Notes: generated by a model not told the origin, from the sequence alone. Positions 1 through 10,699 are shown, counted from the first letter of the stretch. The stretch is 64,000 nt of DNA from Sulfolobales archaeon HS-7 (GCA_019704295.1 AP024596.1:1888001-1952000), one strand, 5' to 3'. Numbers and translations: made by a program.

Positions 1-233
1 AGCGAAGAGATAGCCATCCTTACCTGAGTGGTGTGACCCAGACCAACGTGAGAGGGATAGTCTTCCTCCAAACAATAACTCACACCTAAATGATCTGTAG
101 AGCAATTACCGTCAGAGATCACAATCTTAGGATTGGACAAGGCCAAGCCGATCCCACCATCAATTCGACCATATTTACCCTCAAGATCAATAAGGGTAAT
201 ATGAATCCTTGATAAACCTATTATCTTCAGCAT
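1..233 (-). CDS. Beta-RFAP synthase-like GHMP-kinase family protein, N-terminal part (runs off the window start)
   Basis: Not in the ORF track. Manual translation from the ATG at 233 gives MLKIIGLSRIHITLIDLEGKYGRIDGGIGLAL...EDYPSHVGLGHTTQ. SRIH...GRIDGGIG and PxHxGLGxxT are typical of this family. Confidence 0.8.
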   Translation of the reverse strand, partial: MLKIIGLSRIHITLIDLEGKYGRIDGGIGLALSNPKIVISDGNCSTDHLGVSYCLEEDYPSHVGLGHTTQVRMAISS

Positions 234-242
234 GCCAATTAA

Positions 243-1577
243 ATGACTATGAATCTTCCTCAAGTATTTAACGAACACGCAAGTAACATGCCTGAGAAGA
301 CCTTTCTGCTCAACTCCAAACTAACTTACGCAAGGAGTAGGGAAATTATAGGAAGCATGGCCTCCTCTCTTGGGGAAAACGACGTGGTGGTGTTCTTTAT
401 GCAGAATAGCGAACTTGCTATTCTGAATTATATAGCGATATTATGGGCTGGAGCTAAAGTAGTTGCAGTTGATCCCCAAACCTCTTCCGAGGACCTTCGA
501 TTTATCTTAGAGGATTCATTACCTACCATTGTTTTGGCTGATGATGAGTTAAGGCAACGTGAGAGAAAATATCTGGAAGGGTATAACGTAATGTCCTCTC
601 TAAGATCTGGAAATTATAGAAGGCCAACGGATACGGAGGACGAAATTGGACTGATTTACTATTATGCAGGAATAGCTGGCAAAACTATGCAAGTTCTTCA
701 CAGGCATAAATCACTTCATCTCAATGCTAAGTCATTAGCGAACTCTTACGCTTTACCCAACATAACTACGGTCTTGGGTATTCCTTTAGCTCACGTACTT
801 GGAAATAGCATACTAGGTGTAGTTATGGAAAGCGGAGGTAGTATGTACGTTATGAGTAAGTTCGAACCTGGCCTTATGGAAAGTATAATAAATAAGTACT
901 CAATAAACATGCTATCCGCAGTCCCTTTAATATACGATATGCTCTACGAAAAAGCTGCCGCGTTGCCATCGCTTGAACTTTGTTTAAGCGCAGCTGCACC
1001 GCTATCAATGCGAACAGTTGAGAATTTCTATTTAAAGTTCGGTAAACCTATCGTCCAACAGTACGGGTTTACTGAGGGGTTAGTCCTTACCTTCCAGCCG
1101 ATATCCGAATGGAAAAAAATAAGCATAGGCTATCCATTAAAAGAGGTGGAAATTAAGTTACTAGATGTAAATGAGAAGGGAGAAGGGGAATTGGCTGTTA
1201 GAGCACCTTGGCTTATGGCCGGGTATAAGGATTACGAGGAAACGCGTAAAGTTTACGTAGGGGAATTTCTAAGAACAGGTGATATCGTTTCTCTGGATGA
1301 AAAAGGGTTAATCTACTTTAAAGGGGTCAAAAAGAGGATGATAAAGTACAAAGGTTATCCCATATTTCCGAGAGATCTGGAGGAAATCTTGTTAAAACAT
1401 CCACTAGTAGAAGATGCTGTAGTTTATGGTCAGGACGCTGGACCTCTAGGACAGGAACCAGTAGCTGAGGTTAAGGTGAAACAGTACGCCCCTGGTTTAG
1501 AGACAGAATTACTTGAGTATGTAAATTCCAAGGTAGCTTTTTATAAAAGGCTGAAAACAGTAAGGATAGTGAGTTAG
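243..1577 (+). CDS. AMP-binding (ANL superfamily) acyl-CoA synthetase-like protein with degenerate motifs
   Basis: YGFTE (A5), GELAVRAPWLMAGY (A6), RTGD (A7) and PRDLEEILLKHPLV are present. The P-loop is atypical and the A10 lysine motif is absent. Confidence 0.85.
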   Translation: MTMNLPQVFNEHASNMPEKTFLLNSKLTYARSREIIGSMASSLGENDVVVFFMQNSELAILNYIAILWAGAKVVAVDPQTSSEDLRFILEDSLPTIVLADDELRQRERKYLEGYNVMSSLRSGNYRRPTDTEDEIGLIYYYAGIAGKTMQVLHRHKSLHLNAKSLANSYALPNITTVLGIPLAHVLGNSILGVVMESGGSMYVMSKFEPGLMESIINKYSINMLSAVPLIYDMLYEKAAALPSLELCLSAAAPLSMRTVENFYLKFGKPIVQQYGFTEGLVLTFQPISEWKKISIGYPLKEVEIKLLDVNEKGEGELAVRAPWLMAGYKDYEETRKVYVGEFLRTGDIVSLDEKGLIYFKGVKKRMIKYKGYPIFPRDLEEILLKHPLVEDAVVYGQDAGPLGQEPVAEVKVKQYAPGLETELLEYVNSKVAFYKRLKTVRIVS

Positions 1578-1982
1578 ATGGAACAGGATGAAATTGACAG
1601 ACTTTTTAGCGATATATCAAGCAAATTAAGGGAGTTATCAAGTTCAGTAAGAAACAATGAAGTCACATTACCAGAAGTAACCAAAACTAATATATCAGAC
1701 ATACTTTCTAAAAATAAAGTAGTAGTAGTTGATTGTTGGGCCCCTTGGTGTGCGCCATGTCACCTTTACGAACCAGTATTCAAGAGAGTAGCCACGAAGT
1801 ATAATGGAAGGGCCTTCTTCTGTAGACTTAACGTGGACGATAATCCCGAGTTGGCTGATCAGTTTCAGATCATGAACATTCCTACTACGTTAATATTTGT
1901 AAATAGTGAAATAGCAGACATCGTAGTTGGAATGGTAGAGGACGAAGTTTTAGAAGAACATCTGAGTAGATTTCTCCAATAG
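1578..1982 (+). CDS. trxA: Thioredoxin with N-terminal extension
   Basis: WAPWCAPC active site and IPT cis-Pro loop. Confidence 0.92.
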   Translation: MEQDEIDRLFSDISSKLRELSSSVRNNEVTLPEVTKTNISDILSKNKVVVVDCWAPWCAPCHLYEPVFKRVATKYNGRAFFCRLNVDDNPELADQFQIMNIPTTLIFVNSEIADIVVGMVEDEVLEEHLSRFLQ

Positions 1983-2146
1983 ATAATTTTTCCCTCTTAG
2001 GTAATGGTAGGATATAATACGACGGGAAATGTAATGATTTTTAGCGAAGCTATAGCGGTCAGCAATTACGTTTAGCTTCTAAAAAGATGTAAAATCTTTA
2101 AGTGTTTAAGAGATACCAGGCTCTTTAAAGAAGGAGGTCAAAGTAC

Positions 2147-2737
2147 ATGATTGACGCCCATATTATAAAGAAATATGAAAATTTTACGTTAGACTCTAAG
2201 TTAGAGGATGATGGGTTCATCCTTGTTACCGGCGAAAACGGAAGCGGGAAGTCGACTTTCTTAAAGTGCATAGCTGGAGCAATTAAGCAGGACTCTGGGT
2301 ACGTAAGGATTAATTCCCGTGATATTACCAATCTGCCGATTAGAAAAAGGGGAGTTGTTTTAATTACCGCTGATTCCTTTTTACCTAATCTAAAAGTTCA
2401 AGAGCACCTCCGCATTGGAGGAGAAAAGGTAACGGAACCAGTTAAAAATCTTCTCAATAACATGTCTATACCACTCAGCTCTAAGGTAGGCGAACTAAGT
2501 ATGGGACAGAGAGAAGTTGTGGCAATACTAACTGCAATCCTTGCTGAACCACCTTTAATTTTAATTGATGAAGCCCTAGCAAACATTGAAAACAACCAGG
2601 CTTTTCTTAGTCGAGTGTGGGAATTACGACAAAGAGGCAAATATACAGACACGATAATAGTTTCACATCAAGAATTCGACTTACCTCAGATCAGGAAATA
2701 TCAAATGAGCGGTGGTAGGCTAATTAAAATTTTTTAG
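2147..2737 (+). CDS. ABC transporter ATP-binding protein (ModC/WtpC-like, no permease adjacent)
   Basis: Walker A GENGSGKS, signature LSMGQ, Walker B ILIDE, H-loop VSH. Confidence 0.85.
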   Translation: MIDAHIIKKYENFTLDSKLEDDGFILVTGENGSGKSTFLKCIAGAIKQDSGYVRINSRDITNLPIRKRGVVLITADSFLPNLKVQEHLRIGGEKVTEPVKNLLNNMSIPLSSKVGELSMGQREVVAILTAILAEPPLILIDEALANIENNQAFLSRVWELRQRGKYTDTIIVSHQEFDLPQIRKYQMSGGRLIKIF

Positions 2738-2856
2738 TTTTTCCCCTCATTCTGTTTAACTTATTTAATTCATAATTATGAATTAAGAAACCTATGTATA
2801 AATGATTCATGAAATAAATGAAAAGTTTTATAACAGGATTAAACGTTGAGCATTTT

Positions 2857-4266
2857 ATGTCAGAAATCGATAGAGCTATTAAGACAATAGAAGAGAAAAA
2901 AATTGAATGGTTAGATCTGCAATTTACAGACTTGTTAGGGCAGTTACAGCATGTAACAATTCCCGCTAGGGATCTGACACCAGAGAGTTTCGAAACGGGA
3001 TTTGGAAAACTAGATGGAAGTAGTATTAAGGGATTCACGAGTATATATGAAAGCGATATGGTTCTAAAGCCAGTTGCTAAAACTTTATTCGAGATTCCTT
3101 GGCAAGAGAGAGTAGCAAGAGTATTAACACAAGTATATTGGGGAGGAAACAAGGGGAGATACGAAAAAGACCCTCGGTATATCGCCGAAAGGGCAGAGGA
3201 ATATCAGAGCACCATGGGCTATAAGAGTTACTTTGGCCCAGAGCTTGAGTTCTTCATTTTTGATAAAATAGAGCTAGACATTGCATTACCTCAGCGTGGA
3301 ATAGGGTATAAAATTCATGCTAGGGAGGCTCCTTGGGAAGATACGGGAACTTACAAGATAGGCTACAAAGAAGGATACTATCCTGCTCCTCCAGTAGATC
3401 AACTGATGGATATTAGGTTGGAAATCGTGGATATATTAGAAAAACATTTTGGATTTGAAATAGAGGCATTCCATCATGAAGTAGCAACTGCTGGACAAGG
3501 GGAAATAGATTTCAAGTATACCGAATTATGTGAAGCAAGCGACAAAGTCCAGACCTTGAAGTACGTAGTAAGAAACGTCGCATCAAAAAGGGGAATGCTC
3601 GCTACCTTCATGCCCAAACCCATGTTCGGCGATAACGGTACAGGAATGCATACCCATTTCAGCCTATGGAATAGAGATGGGAAAAATCTGATGTATGATC
3701 CGAATGACGAGTACGCTGAGTTAAGTCAGACAGGAAGGTATGTTATTGGTGGAATTCTAGAACATGCAAGGGCCTTATCTGCTATAGCGTCGCCTACTGT
3801 TAACAGCTATAGAAGACTTATTCCTGGCTTTGAGGCTCCAGTATATCTAGCCTGGAGTAAATCCAATAGAAGCGCTGTGATCAGAGTTCCATCTTACTAC
3901 AAGGGTATGGAAAAAGCTAAGAGAATAGAATACAGAGCCCCGGATCCTACAACTAATCCGTATCTAGCGTTCGCAGCGATCTTAGCAGCAGGTATTGATG
4001 GAATAATCAGGAAGTTAGATCCAGGTGATCCCGTGGATGATAATATATACCACCTTTCACCGGAGAGAAGGAGAGAAATGAAAATCAGGGAACTTCCACG
4101 AAACCTCGATGAAGCTATAGATGAGCTAGAGAGCGATAACGAATTTCTAAAACCAATATTTACTACGGAGATTCTCGATTCATATGTAGAACTAAAGCGA
4201 GAAGAGAGCAGAATATTGTCAATGTATCCGCATCCAATGGAACTCTATTACTATTTAGACAGTTAA
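2857..4266 (+). CDS. glnA: Glutamine synthetase type I
   Basis: [33 protein letters not shown] and RIEYRAPD motifs. Start moved from 2818 to the ATG at 2857 because a BRE/TATA (AAAAGTTTTATAA, ~2821-2834) lies about 25 nt upstream. Confidence 0.97.
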   Translation: MSEIDRAIKTIEEKKIEWLDLQFTDLLGQLQHVTIPARDLTPESFETGFGKLDGSSIKGFTSIYESDMVLKPVAKTLFEIPWQERVARVLTQVYWGGNKGRYEKDPRYIAERAEEYQSTMGYKSYFGPELEFFIFDKIELDIALPQRGIGYKIHAREAPWEDTGTYKIGYKEGYYPAPPVDQLMDIRLEIVDILEKHFGFEIEAFHHEVATAGQGEIDFKYTELCEASDKVQTLKYVVRNVASKRGMLATFMPKPMFGDNGTGMHTHFSLWNRDGKNLMYDPNDEYAELSQTGRYVIGGILEHARALSAIASPTVNSYRRLIPGFEAPVYLAWSKSNRSAVIRVPSYYKGMEKAKRIEYRAPDPTTNPYLAFAAILAAGIDGIIRKLDPGDPVDDNIYHLSPERRREMKIRELPRNLDEAIDELESDNEFLKPIFTTEILDSYVELKREESRILSMYPHPMELYYYLDS

Positions 4267-4468
4267 TCATTGAATAATTCAGATATATATTGTAACCTTT
4301 ACATATAATTTAGCAAGTTCTCGACCTTAATATAGAAATGCTTACACTAAACGACAGTTAATAATGTCGATAATAACTCGCTAACTATTTTTAATATAAT
4401 ATCTACGTGAGAGGGCTACCTATTGTGGCTCGATAATATTAAATAACTTTTAGGGTAAGTAAATCCAT

Positions 4469-4771
4469 GTGTCAAGTAGTAGATGGACTCCCAGATGGGT
4501 TTTAAGAAAAATTAGACTAGATGAAGGGGAATTTGAAGTGTGTTATGATGAGGTAACTGGTTTATATGTCTGTCCTCTATGTTCCCCAGAGTGTAAAAGG
4601 GAAGTAGATAAAATCCCCGAAGAGACTTCTTATTTCCTAAATGAGAAAGACCTAGTATATCATATAAAGGTTCATCCTAGGAAGCCTTGGAATAGAAGAA
4701 CTCAGAGAAGGAAAATTCCAGAAGAAATAGAGCGTGATAATGAAGAGGACGAAAATGAAGACGATTCTTGA
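4469..4771 (+). CDS. Small C2H2-type zinc-finger protein with acidic tail
   Basis: YVCPLC...DLVYHIKVH; C-terminus EEDENEDDS. Confidence 0.7.
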   Translation: MSSSRWTPRWVLRKIRLDEGEFEVCYDEVTGLYVCPLCSPECKREVDKIPEETSYFLNEKDLVYHIKVHPRKPWNRRTQRRKIPEEIERDNEEDENEDDS

Positions 4772-5525
4772 TTTAGTTATAATATCAAATCTCACACTTG
4801 ACGTAATTAATAACACGATAAGACCTGGAGGACCTGCATTATATTCCGGCTTCGGTGTGGCAAAGGCCGGCGGTTATCCTACTTTGATAGGTCACGGATG
4901 CCACGAATACCCGTTAAACTCGCTTCCCTTTAAATTTACTAATATGATAGTTAATCAAGGCTGTAATATATTTCAAATAACGTATTACGGTAGTAAAAGG
5001 ACATTGAAGTTAATCAAGGCGAGTCCGCCTATACGCATTAGTTCACTACCTAAGGGAATAAGGGGAGTAATTGTCAACCCAGTATTTCATGATGTAAATC
5101 TAGAGGAACTTCTTCCATTAACTGAGACGCCTTTGGCTCTAGATATTCAAGGCTTCTTAAGGAATATAAGGGGTGATATTGTAATTTTTGAAAAAGCGGA
5201 CTTGCCTAAATATGAGTACTTCGTTACTCATGCCAGTATAGATGAACTCCAATCAGCTGGTTATAATATTGAAGAAATTCTAAAACTAGGCTCTAGAGAA
5301 ACCATAATTAGTTACGGGGAGGACGGTTTTGAAGTTTATTTAGGGACAAACTTAGCGACTAGAACTAAACCCACAGAACTATTCAATAACCCAACAGGAG
5401 CTGGAGACCTACTTATTGGAAGCTACTTCACATTCAGAATCAGCGGATATGATGTAATCAGGGCCTCTGAACTGTCAAGAGGAGTAGTCGAGAACTCTTT
5501 GAAAGAACTACATACAGGTCCATGA
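4755..5525 (+). CDS. PfkB/ribokinase family carbohydrate kinase
   Basis: N-terminal PGGPALY and C-terminal PTGAGD anion-hole motif. Probable start 4755 (ORF track 4734). Confidence 0.85.
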   Translation: MKTILDLVIISNLTLDVINNTIRPGGPALYSGFGVAKAGGYPTLIGHGCHEYPLNSLPFKFTNMIVNQGCNIFQITYYGSKRTLKLIKASPPIRISSLPKGIRGVIVNPVFHDVNLEELLPLTETPLALDIQGFLRNIRGDIVIFEKADLPKYEYFVTHASIDELQSAGYNIEEILKLGSRETIISYGEDGFEVYLGTNLATRTKPTELFNNPTGAGDLLIGSYFTFRISGYDVIRASELSRGVVENSLKELHTGP

Positions 5526-5554
5526 TGGATCCTAGATAGTTTTAAAAAATACTT

Positions 5555-6202
5555 ATGCAAAAATATATCGTGAATGACAACTCTCTCGGGGATCTCCCCC
5601 TAAGTATAAAAACCTCATATGACATAGCAAACTTCGTTCTCCACTCCCTTTCCATGATAAAACCTTATCAGATAGAGAAAATGATTACTACGTTGACTGA
5701 ATTCTATGAAAGGAGAAAAGCAGGAAAAGTACTTGTTATGGGGGCGGGAAGAAGCGGATTAGTCGGCAGAGCGTTTGCCATGAGATTATTGCACTTAGGT
5801 TATAATTCGTATGTATTAGGTGAGACAATAGTTCCAGCTATTGGTGACAACGATATTGCAATAGCTATTTCAGGTTCAGGAAGGACTAAACTAATATACA
5901 CTGCCGCAGAAGCTGTAAAGGAAGCCAAAGCAACTCTGATCGGGATCACAAGCTATGCTGATTCGCCTTTGGGAAAGGTTGCCGACATAATAGTGGAAGT
6001 CCCTGGCAGGACCAAGTATTCTCAGAATGAAGACTATTTTGCGAGGCAAATCCTAGGAATAACCGAACCTTTAGCGCCATTAGGCACTCTCTTCGAGGAT
6101 ACTGCACAGATAATTTTAGATGGGATAGTAGCTGAGCTTATGGTCAGGCTTAAAAAAACTGAGGAGGACCTAAGGATGATACATGCTAATGTTGAACTTT
6201 AA
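5555..6202 (+). CDS. hxlB: 6-phospho-3-hexuloisomerase (SIS domain)
   Basis: [32 protein letters not shown] and HANVE. Confidence 0.93.
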   Translation: MQKYIVNDNSLGDLPLSIKTSYDIANFVLHSLSMIKPYQIEKMITTLTEFYERRKAGKVLVMGAGRSGLVGRAFAMRLLHLGYNSYVLGETIVPAIGDNDIAIAISGSGRTKLIYTAAEAVKEAKATLIGITSYADSPLGKVADIIVEVPGRTKYSQNEDYFARQILGITEPLAPLGTLFEDTAQIILDGIVAELMVRLKKTEEDLRMIHANVEL

Positions 6203-6254
6203 ACACTTTTCTAGAAAAGCTTTTGTGTTACGGCAACAATCACATAACCTGATT

Positions 6255-6959
6255 ATGAGCGACTCGTATCCGTTATACATGTTTGACTCTTATCTAAATT
6301 CTTTTAAGTCAGAAGTAATCGAAGTTGTTAATGATAAAATCTATTTAAAGGAAACCGCTTTTTTTCCTGGAGGGGGTGGTCTGGAAAACGACATCGGATT
6401 TATCGAATATAATAACAGGCAAATTCCTGTAGTCAAGGTAGAAAAGGAAGGTAAAAGAATAGCCCACTATATTGGGGAAAGTGAGATACCAAAAGGCGTT
6501 ATAGTAAACTGTACGATAGCATGGGATAGACGATATAAAATGATGCGATTGCATACCGCCTCACACATAATTGCGGCAATAGCGTATAATGAGTTTGGTG
6601 CTATGGTCACGGGTGGACATATATCACCCGAATATGCAAAGGACGACTTCTCATTAGATTCTAAAGAACATCTTGAGGCTATAGTGGAGAAGGCTAATGA
6701 AGTTGCGTTACGGGGAATAGATGTTAAGGTTTATTTTTTAAATAAGGATGAAGCAATTAAGATACCAGGAATTGTTAAATTAGCCGAGAGAAATCCACCC
6801 GACGAGGAGAAGTGGAGAATTGTAGAAATACCAGGAATTGACATTCAAGCTGATGGCGGACCGCATGTGAAGAATACTAAGGAAATAGGCAAGATTAGAA
6901 TAACTAAAATTGAAAATAAGGGTAAAAACAGGAAAAGAGTTTACTATACAGTTGAGTGA
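6255..6959 (+). CDS. alaXM: AlaX-M alanyl-tRNA editing protein
   Basis: TAFFPGGGG, MRLHTASH (HxxxH) and DGGPH in place of CxxxH. Probable start 6255. Confidence 0.9.
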   Translation: MSDSYPLYMFDSYLNSFKSEVIEVVNDKIYLKETAFFPGGGGLENDIGFIEYNNRQIPVVKVEKEGKRIAHYIGESEIPKGVIVNCTIAWDRRYKMMRLHTASHIIAAIAYNEFGAMVTGGHISPEYAKDDFSLDSKEHLEAIVEKANEVALRGIDVKVYFLNKDEAIKIPGIVKLAERNPPDEEKWRIVEIPGIDIQADGGPHVKNTKEIGKIRITKIENKGKNRKRVYYTVE

Positions 6960-6961
6960 AC

Positions 6962-7423
6962 TTACGGTTTAATTACTGTGTCATATAATATTCTTTTCCT
7001 TTCTAGTAACAGATTCTGAACTTGAGTTATTATACTAGTAGATGGATTATCCACAAGGGATTTACAGGCAGTAATTAACTGATAGTCGAATTGTATTAAT
7101 TGATTTAATGTAACTTGATCTAGGGGTAATGATCGCAAACCTGAGGGAGAAGCTATTAACTGTGTGTAAATCTCCCGTAATGCATTAATTAGCGTGTCAT
7201 ATTGCTTGATTTTTTCAAAGTCAAAACCACTTAAATTCAATCCCATCGATGAACCTACGCTGTTTCTTTCGTTTTCAACTTTCGCTAGGGCTTCGGAAAC
7301 CCATAGGGCCGCAGTATTTCTAACTAGAGCGTCATCCTTCGCAATCTGATTTTTAATGAAATAGCCCCTATATCCTGGAATAATCCTTTGTATTTCGTAT
7401 AGTAAATTAGGTAGTATTGACAT
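6962..7423 (-). CDS. Conserved helical hypothetical protein, co-transcribed with the SPFH gene
   Basis: 153-aa ORF with IPGYRGY...DALVR, starting 3 nt after the SPFH stop codon. Confidence 0.7.
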   Translation of the reverse strand: MSILPNLLYEIQRIIPGYRGYFIKNQIAKDDALVRNTAALWVSEALAKVENERNSVGSSMGLNLSGFDFEKIKQYDTLINALREIYTQLIASPSGLRSLPLDQVTLNQLIQFDYQLITACKSLVDNPSTSIITQVQNLLLERKRILYDTVIKP

Positions 7424-7426
7424 TTA

Positions 7427-8314
7427 TCACTTTTCCCCAGCGGGCTTTCCTTCCTGTTTTGATGGTTGTTCAGTTGTCTGCTGCAACTGTGCTATACTTC
7501 CCCCTATGAAACCTCCAGCGTATGGCACTAGTATGTCTAAGGGCTTTTTAGCTAAAACGTTAGGTGTGGTTATTACTCCTCTATCAGCGAGAACTCGTGA
7601 CAGCTCATAAAGTGCTGCATCGTCTGACGAAAATCCTAAGGCTATCAGTGATAATATTCTCTTAATCATCTCGTCGTTGGCTTTTATTATAACTCTCACC
7701 TTATCTAATACTAATCCGAATTCCCTTAGTTCTTGACCTATTGCCGACTTTACGACTTCGGTAACTTTATCCGCAATCGTATTAATCTCTTTAAGGGAAA
7801 CTTGCTGGAGAAGTTGGTTTATTGCCTGGTCTATTATAGGATCTAGGAAAAACTTTAGATCCGCTACAGTGTATTTATGTTCCTTTAACATAATGGATTG
7901 TATCAGTCTGAGTACGTCATCTTGGTTTGGTGATACGTGGAAGTAGTATGTAACATCGTACTCCACTTCCGCCAACTCTTTCGTATAAGCTAGACCTCTT
8001 GTTGTAACTAATAACCTTGCCAAGTTAATGAAGATTACTTCATAAAGCCACGGGGCTACACCTCCGTAAAGTTCTCTCCTTATGAAACCCGTTATTGGTT
8101 TATCGGGCGTTTGAAGTTGATATTGCCCTTGCTGATATATACCTAGAATTGCCCCTCTCGACTTAACGACAGCCACTTCATTACTTTCCACCACCAGATA
8201 AGAGCCGGAGAAAATTGAGGCGTCGGGATAGCGCCACATAATTGTGTTTTGATCCATGAAAGAAGTTCCATTTTCCAATAAGGTTGAAACTACTTTATAA
8301 GGAGTACCTGGCAT
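7427..8314 (-). CDS. SPFH/band-7 domain protein (YdjI/COG4260-like)
   Basis: IMWRYP..I..GSYLVVESNEVAV...G...G.Y.L.T N-terminus and FGLVLDKVRV in the SPFH core. Confidence 0.8.
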   Translation of the reverse strand: MPGTPYKVVSTLLENGTSFMDQNTIMWRYPDASIFSGSYLVVESNEVAVVKSRGAILGIYQQGQYQLQTPDKPITGFIRRELYGGVAPWLYEVIFINLARLLVTTRGLAYTKELAEVEYDVTYYFHVSPNQDDVLRLIQSIMLKEHKYTVADLKFFLDPIIDQAINQLLQQVSLKEINTIADKVTEVVKSAIGQELREFGLVLDKVRVIIKANDEMIKRILSLIALGFSSDDAALYELSRVLADRGVITTPNVLAKKPLDILVPYAGGFIGGSIAQLQQTTEQPSKQEGKPAGEK

Positions 8315-8472
8315 GGAAAACGATTTACCCTATAGTTAAAAAAACTGTCTGTATAAAAATACACAACTTATTGATATGGGCTGAATTTCTCCTCTCTATT
8401 ATCATTAGTTAAATGCGATTAATGCTAAAGGAGGTTAAGGAATACATCCTGATCTTTAGAGTCATAGGAAGC

Positions 8473-8780
8473 GTAAACTCACCCCTTCTTGGCAAAGGAG
8501 GCTTCCCGACTCACGCCTCTCCTTGCCAGCGGCAGAAAACGAAGCTCCACAGGCCCTGATAGTCGCACCAAGGCTGAAGTTAAAATTAGCGTTCAACATA
8601 TGACTGTAGTTGGGGGAGACGGGTATTACACCAACTCTCGCTTGGGCGTATCTGTGACGTTTACTCTGTTGATGACCGTTAATGATATATTCGGCTACGA
8701 ACAGATATTTAATCTTATACAAAAGAGCTATCTATCCCCCTCCTCGTGGATCTTTTGCTCCCTTTGAACACACAATGAAG
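8473..8780 (-). mobile_element. SMN1-like non-autonomous IS200/IS605 derivative, copy A (~308 bp)
   Basis: One end aligns by eye with the tnpB 3' end/right end at 51706-51810 (gcttcc...ccttgccag...ccacaggc). The other end matches the left end at 52981-53044 (ctatc...cctttgaac). TTTAT flanks it on the minus strand. Confidence 0.8.
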
Positions 8781-8978
8781 ATAAACATAGAGTTACAAAG
8801 TTCATCACTGCTTAATTTTCCTATAAAAAGACATCTGAACCCTACAGTTTGCACATCCACTCATGGAGTTCTAATGAACTGTCGTGGATGTCCTCCATGT
8901 AGGGCTATATACTTGTTTAACTATAATTCGGTAAAAACGCTATTCGTTTTTAACTTGTGTTATTTTTCTTGTACTCGC

Positions 8979-9551
8979 ATGATAATACTCTCACTACTGT
9001 TCGGAATAGCAATGGGATTATCCATAGCGGCTCCACCAGGACCAGTAAACGCAATAATAGCAACTGAAGCAGTGAAATCTAAGTTGCATGGAACGAGCGT
9101 TGGTTTAGGAGCAATGACAGCGGACTTTACTTTCTTTCTAATTACCCTCTTTTTAGGAAGAGTTGTTCCCTCTACTATAATTAACTACATGTATCTAATC
9201 GGCAGCTTACTTATCATATATATATGTTATAATATATTGCATTCTTCATCTTCCCTAAGAAGTAGAGGTGGAAACTACTTTATGGGATTAATAATAGGTT
9301 TAACTAACCCCTTTCAAATAACATGGTGGTTAACAGCGGGTCTTTTCATGATAAGGGAATTAACAATAACTACTCCTATAGGTTTCTTTTCTGGCATACT
9401 GATCTGGATATTTACGTTTCCATACCTCGTTAATAAATTAGGCCAGAAATACATATTTTTAATAAAACTACTTAGTATCACAGTTTTACTTATTTTTGCA
9501 TCACTAATGTTTTATGAATTTTCAGAAAATATTATTCTCCCACATTTGTGA
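8979..9551 (+). CDS. LysE/RhtB family exporter
   Basis: GLSIAAPPGPVN, GLGAMTAD and GLTNPFQITWW. True start is probably the ATG at 8979; the ORF-track extension runs through the mobile element. Confidence 0.9.
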   Translation: MIILSLLFGIAMGLSIAAPPGPVNAIIATEAVKSKLHGTSVGLGAMTADFTFFLITLFLGRVVPSTIINYMYLIGSLLIIYICYNILHSSSSLRSRGGNYFMGLIIGLTNPFQITWWLTAGLFMIRELTITTPIGFFSGILIWIFTFPYLVNKLGQKYIFLIKLLSITVLLIFASLMFYEFSENIILPHL

Positions 9552-10664
9552 AGCTAATTTCCCCTCATACATGAATTCCTTAATCATATCCTTCCTCTTT
9601 TCTCTCTCCTGTCTATGTACCTCTAAGAAAGTGTTAAGTTTCTCTATCAATATCTCCTTTAACTCTCCGGTAAGCATTTTTCCACTTGTATACTCCTCTC
9701 TTATTTCTTCAATTCTCTTATCATTATCCTCGAAATAGTAATACAACCAAATAAAAGATATATCTATATCTGGATTCCCTCCAAGCTTTCTTTGAAGTTC
9801 TATGGTGGGTTGTCCGCCAGAAAACGCGTATTTCATTATTTTATTTCTAACTGTTTTTTCATCATCGGTAAGATAGATCGCAGTCTCTGGTTGTGAAGAG
9901 CTCATTTTACCTTCAATTCCAGTGAGAGGAGGGAAAAACTTGCTATGAATAGCTGCCGCCTTAAGGTAACCTAAACTCGGAGCTAAGTCTCGCTGAAGCC
10001 TCCAGTAAGGATCCTGATCAATACCTGCGGGTATTAAACACCTCTTCTTCTCAAAGAAAGTGGGTGCAATTTGCAGTGCAGGATAAAATAGCATGCCTAT
10101 GTTAGTTGAGTTTTCGAAACCGAAGGTTGCTTTTACTTCCGAAAAATTTAACTTTTTTGCAATTTTAAGAGCTAGAGGATACATTTGCTTAATATATTGT
10201 GTGTCCTGAAATATGAACGTTTTATCCTTATCAAATCCCACTGCTATTATATCCAGGATGTTCTCTTTAGCTGCTTGTTTGACCTCCTCTAATTCTAAAT
10301 CCTGCTTCGCAAGGTATTTCTCGTCATCAGTTACCTCTATGTACACATTTGCGTTAAATTTTTCTTGTAACCATTTAGTGAAGATAAACGGTATGATGTG
10401 ACCCACGTGCATATCACGAGAAGGCCCTCTCCCAGTATACAAGAAGAATCCCTTTCCTTGTTCGAAATCCTGTAACACCAAATCTAAGTCCCTGTGCGAA
10501 AAGAAAATGCCTCTTCTTAACAGTACGTGAAGTTCTCCAGCTGAATTCCTCATCTTGATAAGTAACTGTTCGTCGATCTTCTTAGTTCCAAACTGTTCTA
10601 TTAGCTTATCATAATCCACTTTTCCCTTAACATTCCACGGGGTAACTGCAAACCCTTCAGACAT
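9522..10664 (-). CDS. trpS: Tryptophanyl-tRNA synthetase
   Basis: YTGRGPS, HVGH, GIDQDPYWR, KMSSS and AFSGGQ. Confidence 0.97.
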   Translation of the reverse strand: MSEGFAVTPWNVKGKVDYDKLIEQFGTKKIDEQLLIKMRNSAGELHVLLRRGIFFSHRDLDLVLQDFEQGKGFFLYTGRGPSRDMHVGHIIPFIFTKWLQEKFNANVYIEVTDDEKYLAKQDLELEEVKQAAKENILDIIAVGFDKDKTFIFQDTQYIKQMYPLALKIAKKLNFSEVKATFGFENSTNIGMLFYPALQIAPTFFEKKRCLIPAGIDQDPYWRLQRDLAPSLGYLKAAAIHSKFFPPLTGIEGKMSSSQPETAIYLTDDEKTVRNKIMKYAFSGGQPTIELQRKLGGNPDIDISFIWLYYYFEDNDKRIEEIREEYTSGKMLTGELKEILIEKLNTFLEVHRQEREKRKDMIKEFMYEGKLASQMWENNIF

Positions 10665-10699
10665 CAAAAGAATAAATACGGCTTCCCATATATCTATTT

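Noticed and set aside
8462-8978. ORFs 8462-8722, 8489-8767 and the long N-terminal extension of LysE
   Set aside because: They lie in or run through the SMN1-like element, and the frames are not preserved in the other copies.
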